Source: an uncultured Planctomycetales bacterium
GTDB lineage: Bacteria > Omnitrophota > Gorgyraeia > Gygaellales > Profunditerraquicolaceae
Length of the DNA: 64,000 nt
Assembly (NCBI GenBank): GCA_964603585.1
Contig: CAZRVK010000003.1
Location: 131,693 to 195,692, forward strand
Direction: 5' to 3'
This document shows positions 22,367 through 31,057 of this stretch, piece by piece (the stretch's first letter is position 1; each line of letters starts with the position of its first letter). The position numbers and the translations under genes were made by a program. The notes below the pieces were generated by a model. It did not search any database, had not been told where the DNA came from, and worked only from the letters and a program-made list of their open reading frames with translations.

Positions 22367-22599
22367 AAACTAAAGGGTGTTCCTCCGGTTTTTTAAGCCC
22401 ATACCTTTAAAAGAGAAACGGCCTTTTTTTATCTTATTAAGGCGCTAAAAGTGATTATTGCAAGAGCGCCTGGGATCCTTTCTCGAATATCATTTATCCT
22501 GCAAATTTTGTGCCGGCACCACTGGATTTATTATATAATTGTGTCATACTATAAAATCAGCAGTCGATAAAGAATTGCAATCATTTTAAGGAGAGCAAA

Positions 22600-23382
22600 A
22601 TGAATATTTTTGTTGGTAATTTATCTTTTGCGGCAACTGATTTAGATGTAAGGGCGCTGTTTGAGGCCTTTGGCGATGTAGCCAATGTAACGATTGTTAT
22701 GGAGAAGAAAGGTACTAAATCCCGCGGTTTTGGTTTTGTTGAGATGCCGTCTGATGAACAGGCGCATAAAGCGATTGTTGATCTATCCGGCAAAGAGTTT
22801 ATGGGCCGGCCGCTTAATGTTAGCCCGGTGCGCCCGAAAAGTGAAGAAGAAAAGAATAAAGCCAGGGAGTTAAAAAAACTGGCGAAGATCAAGGCAAAAA
22901 CCCTTCCTTCGGTTGTAAAAAAACCGGTTTTACAGAATGCCTGGTTTGATCAGGTATCCAATAAGCCCAATGAATCAGGATATAGTGCGTATAAAAGAGG
23001 GCGCAGGACGAGAAGTTTTATTCGCCGCAGTATGGAACCTTCTAAGGTTGAGGTTAAACCTTGGCGAAAGTTTAAAGAAGGCGCCAGGTCTTGGCGTAAA
23101 CCTGAAGGAGGATCTAAGCCTTGGAGTAAGCCAGAGGGAGGTTCTAAACCTTGGCGCAAACCGGAAGAGGGATCCGGGCTAAGGCGTAATTCTCAAACAA
23201 GGATTAGCTCATGGAGCAAACCTGCAGAAACTGCAGGTAAGGCTTGGCATAAACCGCAAAGGGTAAATGACCGCAAGGGGTCAAGTTCAGGGGAAATAAA
23301 TGCAGAGGGTAAAACCGGCGAGCGTCCTAAGTCCTGGTGGAAGAACCGTAAGAATGCTCCCCGGCAAAGGATCAGGAGGTAA
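22600..23382 (+). CDS. RRM-domain RNA-binding protein with long basic Trp-rich KPW-repeat C-terminal tail
   Basis: RNP-2/RNP-1-like motifs (IFVGNLSF ... RGFGFVEM); tail contains ~7 repeats of [KS]xW[RSH]KP encoded by ~33-nt tandem DNA repeats. Confidence 0.7.
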   Translation: MNIFVGNLSFAATDLDVRALFEAFGDVANVTIVMEKKGTKSRGFGFVEMPSDEQAHKAIVDLSGKEFMGRPLNVSPVRPKSEEEKNKARELKKLAKIKAKTLPSVVKKPVLQNAWFDQVSNKPNESGYSAYKRGRRTRSFIRRSMEPSKVEVKPWRKFKEGARSWRKPEGGSKPWSKPEGGSKPWRKPEEGSGLRRNSQTRISSWSKPAETAGKAWHKPQRVNDRKGSSSGEINAEGKTGERPKSWWKNRKNAPRQRIRR

Positions 23383-23386
23383 GATT

Positions 23387-23695
23387 ATGGATAGGGTTTT
23401 TTCTCTTGTTTCCCGTGTGGGGTATCAGCGGGGTTCGGTTGTCAGTAAGGAGATCATTAAAAAGAATACCGGCACCGTAACTGTATTTGCTTTTGCGAAA
23501 AACGAAGGGTTAAGCGAACACACCGCTCCTTTCGATGCTTTGATCTATCTCCTTGACGGCCAGGCCCAGATCTTTATTTCCGGAAAACCTTTTCAAGTAA
23601 AAAAAGGGCAGATGATTATTCTGCCGGCACATAAACCGCATGCCTTAAAAGCTGTAAAGAAATTCAAAATGCTTTTGATCATGATCAAATCGTGA
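23387..23695 (+). CDS. Small cupin-domain protein
   Basis: ~100 aa beta-barrel cupin-like sequence; GGAGG RBS before the ATG at 23387 (ORF-track start 23300 lies inside the upstream gene). Confidence 0.5.
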   Translation: MDRVFSLVSRVGYQRGSVVSKEIIKKNTGTVTVFAFAKNEGLSEHTAPFDALIYLLDGQAQIFISGKPFQVKKGQMIILPAHKPHALKAVKKFKMLLIMIKS

Positions 23696-23711
23696 TTTTC
23701 GATAACCTCTT

Positions 23712-25541
23712 ATGCCCGATACATATATTCCTAAAGAAATGCTTGCATGCCTCAAACAATACTGGGGATATCTCCAGTTCCGTCCCTGGCAGGCAGAGAC
23801 GATAATTTCAGTTTTAGAGCAGTGCGATACCTTGACGATCCTGCCGACTGGCGCGGGGAAATCCCTTTGTTTTCAACTTCCGGCATTGCTTAAGGAAGGC
23901 ATGGCGGTGGTTATTTCGCCTTTGATCTCGCTGATGAAGGACCAGGTCGATGGGCTTAAAGATGCCGGAGTTAGCGCTGAATATCTTAATTCCAGCCAGC
24001 CGGCGGATGAACAAAAAATAGTGATCAGTCGCATCCAGGCCGGAGAGGTCAAGATCCTTTACCTTTCTCCTGAACGGCTGCAGACTGAATGGACAATAAA
24101 ATTACTGCGTTCGGCAGAGCTTTCCTTTTTTGTGATCGATGAGGCGCATTGCATCAGCCATTGGGGGCATGATTTCCGCGCTGATTACCGCAGCCTGGGA
24201 ATGATCAAAAAGGTGTTTACTGCGATCCCAGTACACGCCTTTACTGCTACAGCGACTAAAGAGGTACAGCAGGATATCCTTAAACAGCTTGATTTATCCA
24301 CCCCTAAGATTAACATTGCTTCCGTTGACCGCACTAATTTGACTTACCGTATTTTATTACGCCAGAATCTGGTTCAGCAACTCCGGGAAACCCTACAGAA
24401 ACATTCCCGCGAGGCAGGGATCATTTATTGCCTGCGCCGGGATGACGTAGATAATCTTTCTTCTGAGCTGAATGATCTGGGATTTAAGAATTTGCCTTAT
24501 CATGCCGGGCTTTCAGACGAATCGCGCCATTCCAATCAGGAGGCTTTTATCCGTGAAGAAGTAGATATTATTGTGGCGACAGTAGCTTTTGGTATGGGAA
24601 TAGATCGTCCAGATATCCGTTTTGTGATCCATGCCGGGATGCCTAAAAGCATCGAACATTATCATCAGGAAACCGGGCGTGCGGGCCGGGATGGCCTACC
24701 GTCGTTTTGCTATATGTTCTATGGCGGAGGGGATTATCGCCTTTGGAGTTATTTTTTAGAACAATCTCCAAATCGCCAGGTTATGCTTGAGAAATTGAGT
24801 GCGATGTATAATTTCTGTACCCAGCCGCAATGCCGGCATAAGGAGCTGGTTAATTATTTCGGACAGAGTTATGACGGCTCAACATGCCAGGCATGTGATT
24901 ATTGCCTGGCGGAAGTTGAGATGGTCAGTAATCCCGGGGATATCGCCAAAAAGATATTACTTTGTGTGAATGAACTTAGGTATGGGCGTGATCAGGGTTT
25001 TGGCGCTGGATACATCTCTAATGTGCTTAAAGGGAATCAGACTGACCAGATAATCAAATGGCGGCATGATCAGAGTGGATCTTTTGGCGCATTTTCCTCT
25101 GAATCCCTGGCATTTATACGATACATGATCGAGCAGTTGATAGGGCAGGGTTTTTTAAGGCGCGAAGGCGAATATGCTACTCTTGCGGTGACTGACCAGG
25201 GGAAAGTTTTATTGGATGGAAAGACAGTGTTGAATTTAGCTAAGCCTTTGGTGAACAAAAAGAAAAAGGAGATCGCCAGGGAGCAAAAGGCAAAACGTGC
25301 CCGTGACTGGCAGGGTGTAGATGAAGGGTTATTCGAATTGCTGCGTAAGAAAAGAGCAGAGCTTGCCAGAGAAAAGGGTGTTCCAGCTTACATTATCTTT
25401 GGTGACCGCTCTTTAAAAGACATGGCCTCGCTTAAGCCGATGACTAAAGAAGCCTTTGCCGAAGTCTTTGGCGTAGGTGAAGCTAAATTAAAGAGTTACT
25501 CCCAGGTTTTTGTGAGTTTGATCAAAGATTATCTTAAGTAG
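23712..25541 (+). CDS. recQ: ATP-dependent DNA helicase RecQ
   Basis: RecQ helicase motifs (FRPWQ, LPTGAGKSLCFQLPAL, DEAHCISHWGHDFR), Zn-binding Cys cluster and C-terminal HRDC-like region. Confidence 0.9.
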   Translation: MPDTYIPKEMLACLKQYWGYLQFRPWQAETIISVLEQCDTLTILPTGAGKSLCFQLPALLKEGMAVVISPLISLMKDQVDGLKDAGVSAEYLNSSQPADEQKIVISRIQAGEVKILYLSPERLQTEWTIKLLRSAELSFFVIDEAHCISHWGHDFRADYRSLGMIKKVFTAIPVHAFTATATKEVQQDILKQLDLSTPKINIASVDRTNLTYRILLRQNLVQQLRETLQKHSREAGIIYCLRRDDVDNLSSELNDLGFKNLPYHAGLSDESRHSNQEAFIREEVDIIVATVAFGMGIDRPDIRFVIHAGMPKSIEHYHQETGRAGRDGLPSFCYMFYGGGDYRLWSYFLEQSPNRQVMLEKLSAMYNFCTQPQCRHKELVNYFGQSYDGSTCQACDYCLAEVEMVSNPGDIAKKILLCVNELRYGRDQGFGAGYISNVLKGNQTDQIIKWRHDQSGSFGAFSSESLAFIRYMIEQLIGQGFLRREGEYATLAVTDQGKVLLDGKTVLNLAKPLVNKKKKEIAREQKAKRARDWQGVDEGLFELLRKKRAELAREKGVPAYIIFGDRSLKDMASLKPMTKEAFAEVFGVGEAKLKSYSQVFVSLIKDYLK

Positions 25542-25546
25542 GTTAG

Positions 25547-25773
25547 TTACACATAGCCCGGTGATTTTGTCGTTCAAGTCGATTTTTTAACGCCAATGAT
25601 CTTTCACTCTTCGGTAACTACTGAACTCGCGCTTTTTGCTCCAGCAAAAAGCGCTCAAACACCAGCGTTATCCCGAGATTGCCCTGTATTCGCAGGGTCT
25701 CGGGATTCCCTCATCGCTCAAGCTCCATTGGCTAAAATCGACATTCACGCCAAAATCACCAGGCTATGTGTAA
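25547..25773. mobile_element. MITE-like / structured non-coding element bounded by 23-bp terminal inverted repeats (22/23 match)
   Basis: TTACACATAGCCCGGTGATTTTG at 25547-25569 is the reverse complement of CAAAATCACCAGGCTATGTGTAA at 25751-25773; interior holds a perfect 12-bp palindrome (25629-25654) and other hairpins; no credible ORF inside. Confidence 0.45.
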
Positions 25774-25897
25774 TTAAGATTCTTTAATGTGCAATAACGG
25801 ACTACTTTTCTCTGGACACTCGATAGGTATATGGTATATTTGTAGATAAACATAGCATTTGTAATTGTAATAAAGTGTTTCTTAAAAAGGTGCAAAT

Positions 25898-27577
25898 ATG
25901 GAACAAAATATCCGCATAGCTTTAGCCCAGATTAACAGTACTGTTGGGGATCTCCCCGGGAATGCGCAAAAGATCACCGAGCGCATCCGCCAGGCAGAAG
26001 CGCTCGGTGTGGATATTATTTCTTTTCCGGAATTGGCCATTACCGGTTATCCTCCGGAGGATCTTTTATATAAGCGGAAATTCATTTCGGATAATCTGGC
26101 GGTTTTAAAGTCTTTAGCCGGAGTTGCGGGGGATATTGTGGCGATCGTCGGCTTTGTGGATCGCTCGAAGGCAGGGTTGTATAATGCCGCTGCCGTGCTT
26201 TATCGTGGCAAGGTGGTTGGGGTATACCATAAGGCCATTCTGCCTAATTACGGGGTTTTTGATGAAAAACGCTATTTTCTCCCCGGAGAGAGCCCGTTAG
26301 TATTTCGCTTTGGCCGGATCATTTTCGGCATAAATATCTGTGAAGATATTTGGCATGTGCATGGACCGGCTAAAATGCAGGCCGGTTTGGGGGCACGGTT
26401 AATCTTTAATATCAATGCCTCTCCGTATCATGCAGGAAAGATCAAAGAGCGTGAGCGGGTCGTAAGAAAACAGGCCAGCGCCAATCGCCTGGCAGTAGCT
26501 TATACCAACCTAATAGGGGCGCAGGATGAATTAGTTTTTGATGGGCAGAGCATGGTGGTAGGTTGTTCCGGTAAATTGATCGGACGGGCTGCGGCATTTC
26601 AAGAAGACCTTCTGGTTGCAGACCTTGAAATTGTCGCCGGTAAAGTCAAGCCTTCCAAAGGGCTGATTAAGATCACAGACACAGTGTCGGTTAAACATAA
26701 ACCGGCGGTTACAATGAATATCGCCAGGCCTTTGGATTATATCCCGGAAATTTATCAGGCCTTGGTCCTGGGTTTAAAGGATTATGTTCTGAAAAATGGT
26801 TTTAAGAAAGTAGTGATCGGATTAAGCGGAGGGATTGATTCGGCCCTGGTGGCAGTTTTAGCGGCCGATGCCTTGGGTAAGGATAATGTCACTGCGGTAT
26901 TTATGCCTTCCCGCTACTCTTCCGAAGAGTCAAGAGTGGATGCGGATCAATTGGCGCTTAATTTGGGGATAAAACTGCTGAATATTTCTATAGAGGAAAT
27001 ATATAAAATATATTTGAATGTTTTAGAACCGCATTTTTCCGGAGTCCAGAAGAATATCACCGAAGAAAACCTGCAGGCGCGTATCCGGGGGAACATTTTG
27101 ATGGCATTATCCAATAAATTCGGTTGGCTGGTATTGACGACCGGCAATAAATCCGAGATGAGCACTGGGTATGCCACTCTTTACGGGGATATGGCGGGAG
27201 GTTTTGCTGTAATAAAAGATGTCCCTAAGGTTGTGGTATATAAGTTATCGGAACACAGGAATTCGGTAAGCCGGGTTATCCCGGAGAGGATCATTACCAA
27301 AGAGCCGACCGCTGAATTAAAGCCGGATCAAAAGGATTCTGACAGCCTGCCGGTCTATGAAACCCTAGATCCGATCTTAAAGGCTTATGTCGAAGAAGAT
27401 AAGGAGTTAGAGAAAATAGTCTCTTTAGGGTTTTCTGCGGAGGTGGTTTCTCGTGTCTTAGCTTTGGTGGATAAGAGTGAATATAAACGCCGGCAGTCTC
27501 CCCCTGGGATCAAGATCACTCCCCGTTCTTTTGGCCGGGATAGAAGAATGCCGATCACTAATAAGTATAGAGGGTAG
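25898..27577 (+). CDS. nadE: Glutamine-dependent NAD+ synthetase NadE (N-terminal nitrilase/CN-hydrolase domain plus synthetase domain)
   Basis: N-terminal carbon-nitrogen hydrolase domain (RIALAQIN...) and C-terminal SGGIDSALV PP-loop. Confidence 0.9.
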   Translation: MEQNIRIALAQINSTVGDLPGNAQKITERIRQAEALGVDIISFPELAITGYPPEDLLYKRKFISDNLAVLKSLAGVAGDIVAIVGFVDRSKAGLYNAAAVLYRGKVVGVYHKAILPNYGVFDEKRYFLPGESPLVFRFGRIIFGINICEDIWHVHGPAKMQAGLGARLIFNINASPYHAGKIKERERVVRKQASANRLAVAYTNLIGAQDELVFDGQSMVVGCSGKLIGRAAAFQEDLLVADLEIVAGKVKPSKGLIKITDTVSVKHKPAVTMNIARPLDYIPEIYQALVLGLKDYVLKNGFKKVVIGLSGGIDSALVAVLAADALGKDNVTAVFMPSRYSSEESRVDADQLALNLGIKLLNISIEEIYKIYLNVLEPHFSGVQKNITEENLQARIRGNILMALSNKFGWLVLTTGNKSEMSTGYATLYGDMAGGFAVIKDVPKVVVYKLSEHRNSVSRVIPERIITKEPTAELKPDQKDSDSLPVYETLDPILKAYVEEDKELEKIVSLGFSAEVVSRVLALVDKSEYKRRQSPPGIKITPRSFGRDRRMPITNKYRG

Positions 27578-27667
27578 ATTGCGAAGGATGAGTAATGAAG
27601 GGGTGTTTTTTTAGATCAAGTGATGGAAAGAAATCAGGAAAAAAGAGAATTTAGTTAGCCGGCTTGG

Positions 27668-27696
27668 TTGACAATCACCACGGAATATGCTATATT
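27668..27696 (+). promoter_or_regulatory. Sigma70-like promoter TTGACA-17-TATATT upstream of the riboswitch candidate
   Basis: TTGACA at 27668-27673, TATATT at 27691-27696. Confidence 0.45.
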
Positions 27697-27747
27697 TATT
27701 TTGTGCTTTGAAGCTTTGACAATTTGGCTTTTTAACCTACTGATAAT

Positions 27748-27870
27748 GGCAAACCAAGGGCGACCTTGGGACGCAAAGCGACAGTTCCGCCGGTGAGCGG
27801 GAGGCTGCGTTACCAAAGAGGGGGAAGTTGCCCCTAAGATTTTTGTTTTAGGGGTTTTTTATTTGCCCTT
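27748..27870 (+). ncRNA. Candidate c-di-GMP-I (GEMM) riboswitch with intrinsic-terminator expression platform
   Basis: GGCAAACC; GNRA-capped hairpin CCAAGG-GCGA-CCTTGG; GGGACGCAAAGC; second bulged hairpin and UUACC, resembling the V. cholerae Vc2 aptamer layout. Followed by GGGGaagttgCCCC (alternative hairpin) and terminator CCCCTAAG...TTAGGGG-TTTTTT at 27831-27870. Confidence 0.55.
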
Positions 27871-27960
27871 GGGTGGTTTGCCTGAACCAGGTTGTTCGGC
27901 TGTTTAGGGCCCGCGGCGGGGTTTGTTGCGGGCTTTAGATAGCCCCGGAGGAGGGCAAAA

Positions 27961-28422
27961 ATGATGAAAAAAACCGTATTTATCTTAATGCTGGTGTTAG
28001 GGTTAGGGATATCATTGACTGTATATGCGCAACCGATAAATCAGGCGATGCCGATGGCTTCTTCTTTAAGGGGTAATCCAGGGGAATCTTCCGCATTCTT
28101 AAAAGCAATGAACCTTAAAGAAAGCGATGCTTATGCTAACACCGCCGTAAGTAAAGCCGGAGATGGTATGATCAATGCCGTTACCTGCTGGACAGATATT
28201 CCTAAGGAGGTTGTACGGGTCAATCAGGAAGAAAATGCTTTAATGGCAGCTACGGTTGGTTTGGGAGGGGGGATATTTTACGGAGTTACCAGGGGGGTAT
28301 CCGGGGTTTATGATATGGCTACTTTTGGGATACCTCCCTATAATGATCCTGTAATGCAGCCGGAATACAAGGTTAACCGGCCCCAACAGGAAGGATTAAA
28401 GATCGATATTTTAAAGTGGTAG
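27961..28422 (+). CDS. Small secreted hypothetical protein (signal peptide, Gly-rich C-terminal half)
   Basis: N-terminal signal peptide MMKKTVFILMLVLGLGISLTVYAQP; no recognisable family; GGAGGAGGG RBS. Confidence 0.55.
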   Translation: MMKKTVFILMLVLGLGISLTVYAQPINQAMPMASSLRGNPGESSAFLKAMNLKESDAYANTAVSKAGDGMINAVTCWTDIPKEVVRVNQEENALMAATVGLGGGIFYGVTRGVSGVYDMATFGIPPYNDPVMQPEYKVNRPQQEGLKIDILKW

Positions 28423-28432
28423 TCCGGATATT

Positions 28433-29638
28433 TTAAGAGTGATTGATTCTGCCTGTGTCTTTGGGCAGGGCGCCGCCTTCTTGAGGGCGGCGTTTTTTAT
28501 TCTCTGATTCTTCCATCTGTTTAAAGACCGGGTTAAAGTTCTCGGGCTTAAAAACCAGGCAGATTATTTTGAAAAACCGGTTCAGCCATTTATTGCGGCT
28601 TCGGGCATAAATGAATAGAGGGACAAAATCAAACCCCAGCCTTCGTTTGGGTTCATACCCGGTTACCCCCATTTCGTATTTCGGGATTTTATGTTCAATA
28701 CACCATTTCATCAAGTCTCTAAAACGAATGAAATAAAGGTGGTAATTAAAGGCGATTTGGTAATCGAATCCCAGGTAATAGTCGATGAAGAGTTCAGGGG
28801 AAACCAGGCAAAAAGCAAATGCCACTAACTTATCTTCGAGCCGCCAGAGGAAAAACTTGGTTTGGGCCGGCATATTCCTTGAAATATTAAGGAAGAATTC
28901 CTTAGGGACATTTTCGAACCCCAGGCTGTGTTTTTCGAGGGTTTGCAAATAAAGTTCATAAACTCTGGGGATATCGCTTTGGCTTAAACTATCTACTATC
29001 TCCATTTTAACTTGTGGCTGCTGGCTATCGATCTTTTTGAACTTACGTTTTACCCCGCTTCGGGAAACCGGGCTTAATTTTTGCAGGTATTCCTCGAAGC
29101 TGGCAAAGGGGATATCCATATCTGTTGAGGGCAGGCTTTGGATCTTGGAAAAACCTTTTTTTAAGAGGGGGTCAAGTATTTTACAGTAGTGAGAGGAGAA
29201 GTCTTTAAAGGCGATCAATGAGGCTTTTTCCTTACAAGCGATTTGCTCCATTCCCAGGCAGATCGCTGCTACAACCTCATTTGCATCCCGATTAAGACCA
29301 ATCCTGCCCTGGTTCATTGGCAGGCCCAAAAGCAGGGTTTTTACCTTAAAAATATTCGGGAATGGTTTTTTTATCAGGCGGAGGAATTTTTCCAGTGTCC
29401 CCTGGATGGCCAGGTCCAGGGGGTAATCCATCAGAAAACATGGCGCAATGCCGGCGATCTCCGTGCGGTCATAAATTGCGATATAATAAAATTTGAACTG
29501 GGAAAATCCTGATTCATCCAGGGTTTTGAAGAATGGATACCCCTCAAGGTCAGAGGGAAAGATCTTTTCCCATTCACTTCTCGGGATCTCTTCGGATTTT
29601 CTAACGATCTTTATTTCTAATCCAAGTTTTTTTTGCAT
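28433..29638 (-). CDS. FemAB-like/GNAT-fold acyltransferase family protein (DUF482-like)
   Basis: ~400 aa, two-lobed GNAT-like organisation resembling the FemAB_like family; assignment from memory of the family, not motif-exact. Confidence 0.4.
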   Translation of the reverse strand: MQKKLGLEIKIVRKSEEIPRSEWEKIFPSDLEGYPFFKTLDESGFSQFKFYYIAIYDRTEIAGIAPCFLMDYPLDLAIQGTLEKFLRLIKKPFPNIFKVKTLLLGLPMNQGRIGLNRDANEVVAAICLGMEQIACKEKASLIAFKDFSSHYCKILDPLLKKGFSKIQSLPSTDMDIPFASFEEYLQKLSPVSRSGVKRKFKKIDSQQPQVKMEIVDSLSQSDIPRVYELYLQTLEKHSLGFENVPKEFFLNISRNMPAQTKFFLWRLEDKLVAFAFCLVSPELFIDYYLGFDYQIAFNYHLYFIRFRDLMKWCIEHKIPKYEMGVTGYEPKRRLGFDFVPLFIYARSRNKWLNRFFKIICLVFKPENFNPVFKQMEESENKKRRPQEGGALPKDTGRINHS

Positions 29639-29742
29639 CTTATGATTTTAACACAAGTCACAATAGTTTCAACCTCTTCTGCAGCGTTTGCCACACTTAA
29701 GTTATTGACCGGATGATTTTAAGGAGTTAAAATGGTTCTGGG

Positions 29743-30144
29743 ATGATCATATTTAAAGAAAGAATATTTTCGCTGATATTTTGTTCCTTACTGGTATTTA
29801 TCCTGGGCTGTGCGGACAACCGGCCAGTGCAAGGCAGGTATCCGAAATCTGGCTTGGCTTCATGGTATTCGGCGGCGCATACATCTACCGGGGAGAAATA
29901 TAACGGCAGGGATTTTACTTGTGCGATGCGCAGGATTGATTTCGGGAAATTTTATAAGGTTTGCCGGATAGATTCAGATAAATGCGTGGTTGTCCGGCAT
30001 AATGATTTTGGCCCGGCAAAATACATGTATAACCGGGGAAGGATCATTGATTTAAGCCGGGCGGCCTTTGCTGAGTTGGCTCCTTTAACGGAGGGGTTGG
30101 TTGAAGTTACCGTTGAAGAGGAGTTTGGGCAAAAAGGAAAATAA
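29743..30144 (+). CDS. RlpA-like lipoprotein (double-psi beta-barrel domain)
   Basis: Lipobox ILGC; GLASWYS...GEKYNG...VVVRHNDFGP...RIIDLSRAAF pattern of the RlpA DPBB domain. Confidence 0.65.
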   Translation: MIIFKERIFSLIFCSLLVFILGCADNRPVQGRYPKSGLASWYSAAHTSTGEKYNGRDFTCAMRRIDFGKFYKVCRIDSDKCVVVRHNDFGPAKYMYNRGRIIDLSRAAFAELAPLTEGLVEVTVEEEFGQKGK

Positions 30145-30146
30145 AT

Positions 30147-30950
30147 ATGGAAAAAACCGAACAGAATGACCTTCAAGAGACAGTTGTCCGGGCTCTTCCG
30201 GCGAATATGCTGGAGTTGGTGAAGTTTTTCGGCCGGATGCCTTCTTCTAAAATGATCTTGGAAAATGTTTTGTGTGTTTCTTCAGGGATACCGTCGATGG
30301 AGTTTAATTTTGCTCTTTCCCTTCAGGCCGAAGAGCGCTCATTGGATAACGATATCAAACGAGCCAAAAGTTTCTTTGCCGCAGAAAAAGTCCCTTTTTT
30401 GTGGTGGGTCATCCCTGGTGCCGGCAGGCAACTACTTGAGGAGAGTTTGCCCAGGCACAATTTCAAGGAGATCGTTTCTGCCCCGTGTATGGCAGTCGAA
30501 GTCGATAAAATACCCGGGTTTGCGCCTGATCCGGATTTTAATTTTCATTTAGTCGAGGATCAGGCGCAGTTAGAGGTATGGGCGCAAACTGCCTTTGCGG
30601 GGTTTGAATTAAAGCCTCAAGCCCGCAAGAAGTTCTTTGAGTTTGTGAATAACTTCGACATTGTCCATAGCCATCAACTATTTCTTTATCTGGGATTTAT
30701 GGGGGACCTGCCGGTTTCAACCAGCCTGCTTTTTTTAGGGGAGGGGGTTGCGGGTATTTACTGGATCTCTACTATTCCAGATGCCAGGAATAAAGGGTTG
30801 GGGTCGGCTATAACTTATAAAACTGTCATGGAGGCTAAACGCATAGGTTATCCTGTAGCGGTTTTGGAGGCCTCGGAAATGGGGTTTAAGGTTTACCGGG
30901 GCATTGGGTTCAAGGAATATTTCCGGTTCGGCCTTTATGGTTTGCAATAG
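30147..30950 (+). CDS. GNAT family N-acetyltransferase
   Basis: C-terminal acetyl-CoA binding-like motif (RNKGLGSAIT) within an ~267-aa protein. Confidence 0.5.
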   Translation: MEKTEQNDLQETVVRALPANMLELVKFFGRMPSSKMILENVLCVSSGIPSMEFNFALSLQAEERSLDNDIKRAKSFFAAEKVPFLWWVIPGAGRQLLEESLPRHNFKEIVSAPCMAVEVDKIPGFAPDPDFNFHLVEDQAQLEVWAQTAFAGFELKPQARKKFFEFVNNFDIVHSHQLFLYLGFMGDLPVSTSLLFLGEGVAGIYWISTIPDARNKGLGSAITYKTVMEAKRIGYPVAVLEASEMGFKVYRGIGFKEYFRFGLYGLQ

Positions 30951-31057
30951 AAATTCTTGAATAATGCCCCTTTTTTATTTGAGAAGCTGTAGTATAATGT
31001 TATTTGAATTCCGCCGTTTGGATCCCAGGGTATTATAAAGTAAGAGGAGGAATCAAG

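Noticed and set aside
23040-23170. Tandem ~33-nt DNA repeats, considered as a possible CRISPR-like or satellite array
   Set aside because: They are in-frame coding repeats of the KPW tail of the RRM protein, with no spacer structure.
23300-23695. ORF-track start for the cupin gene at 23300
   Set aside because: That start overlaps the RRM gene's C-terminus in another frame; a GGAGG RBS supports the ATG at 23387.
25596-25787. 63-aa ORF inside the inverted-repeat element
   Set aside because: Lies entirely within the hairpin-rich MITE-like element, has no RBS, and ends inside the right terminal repeat.
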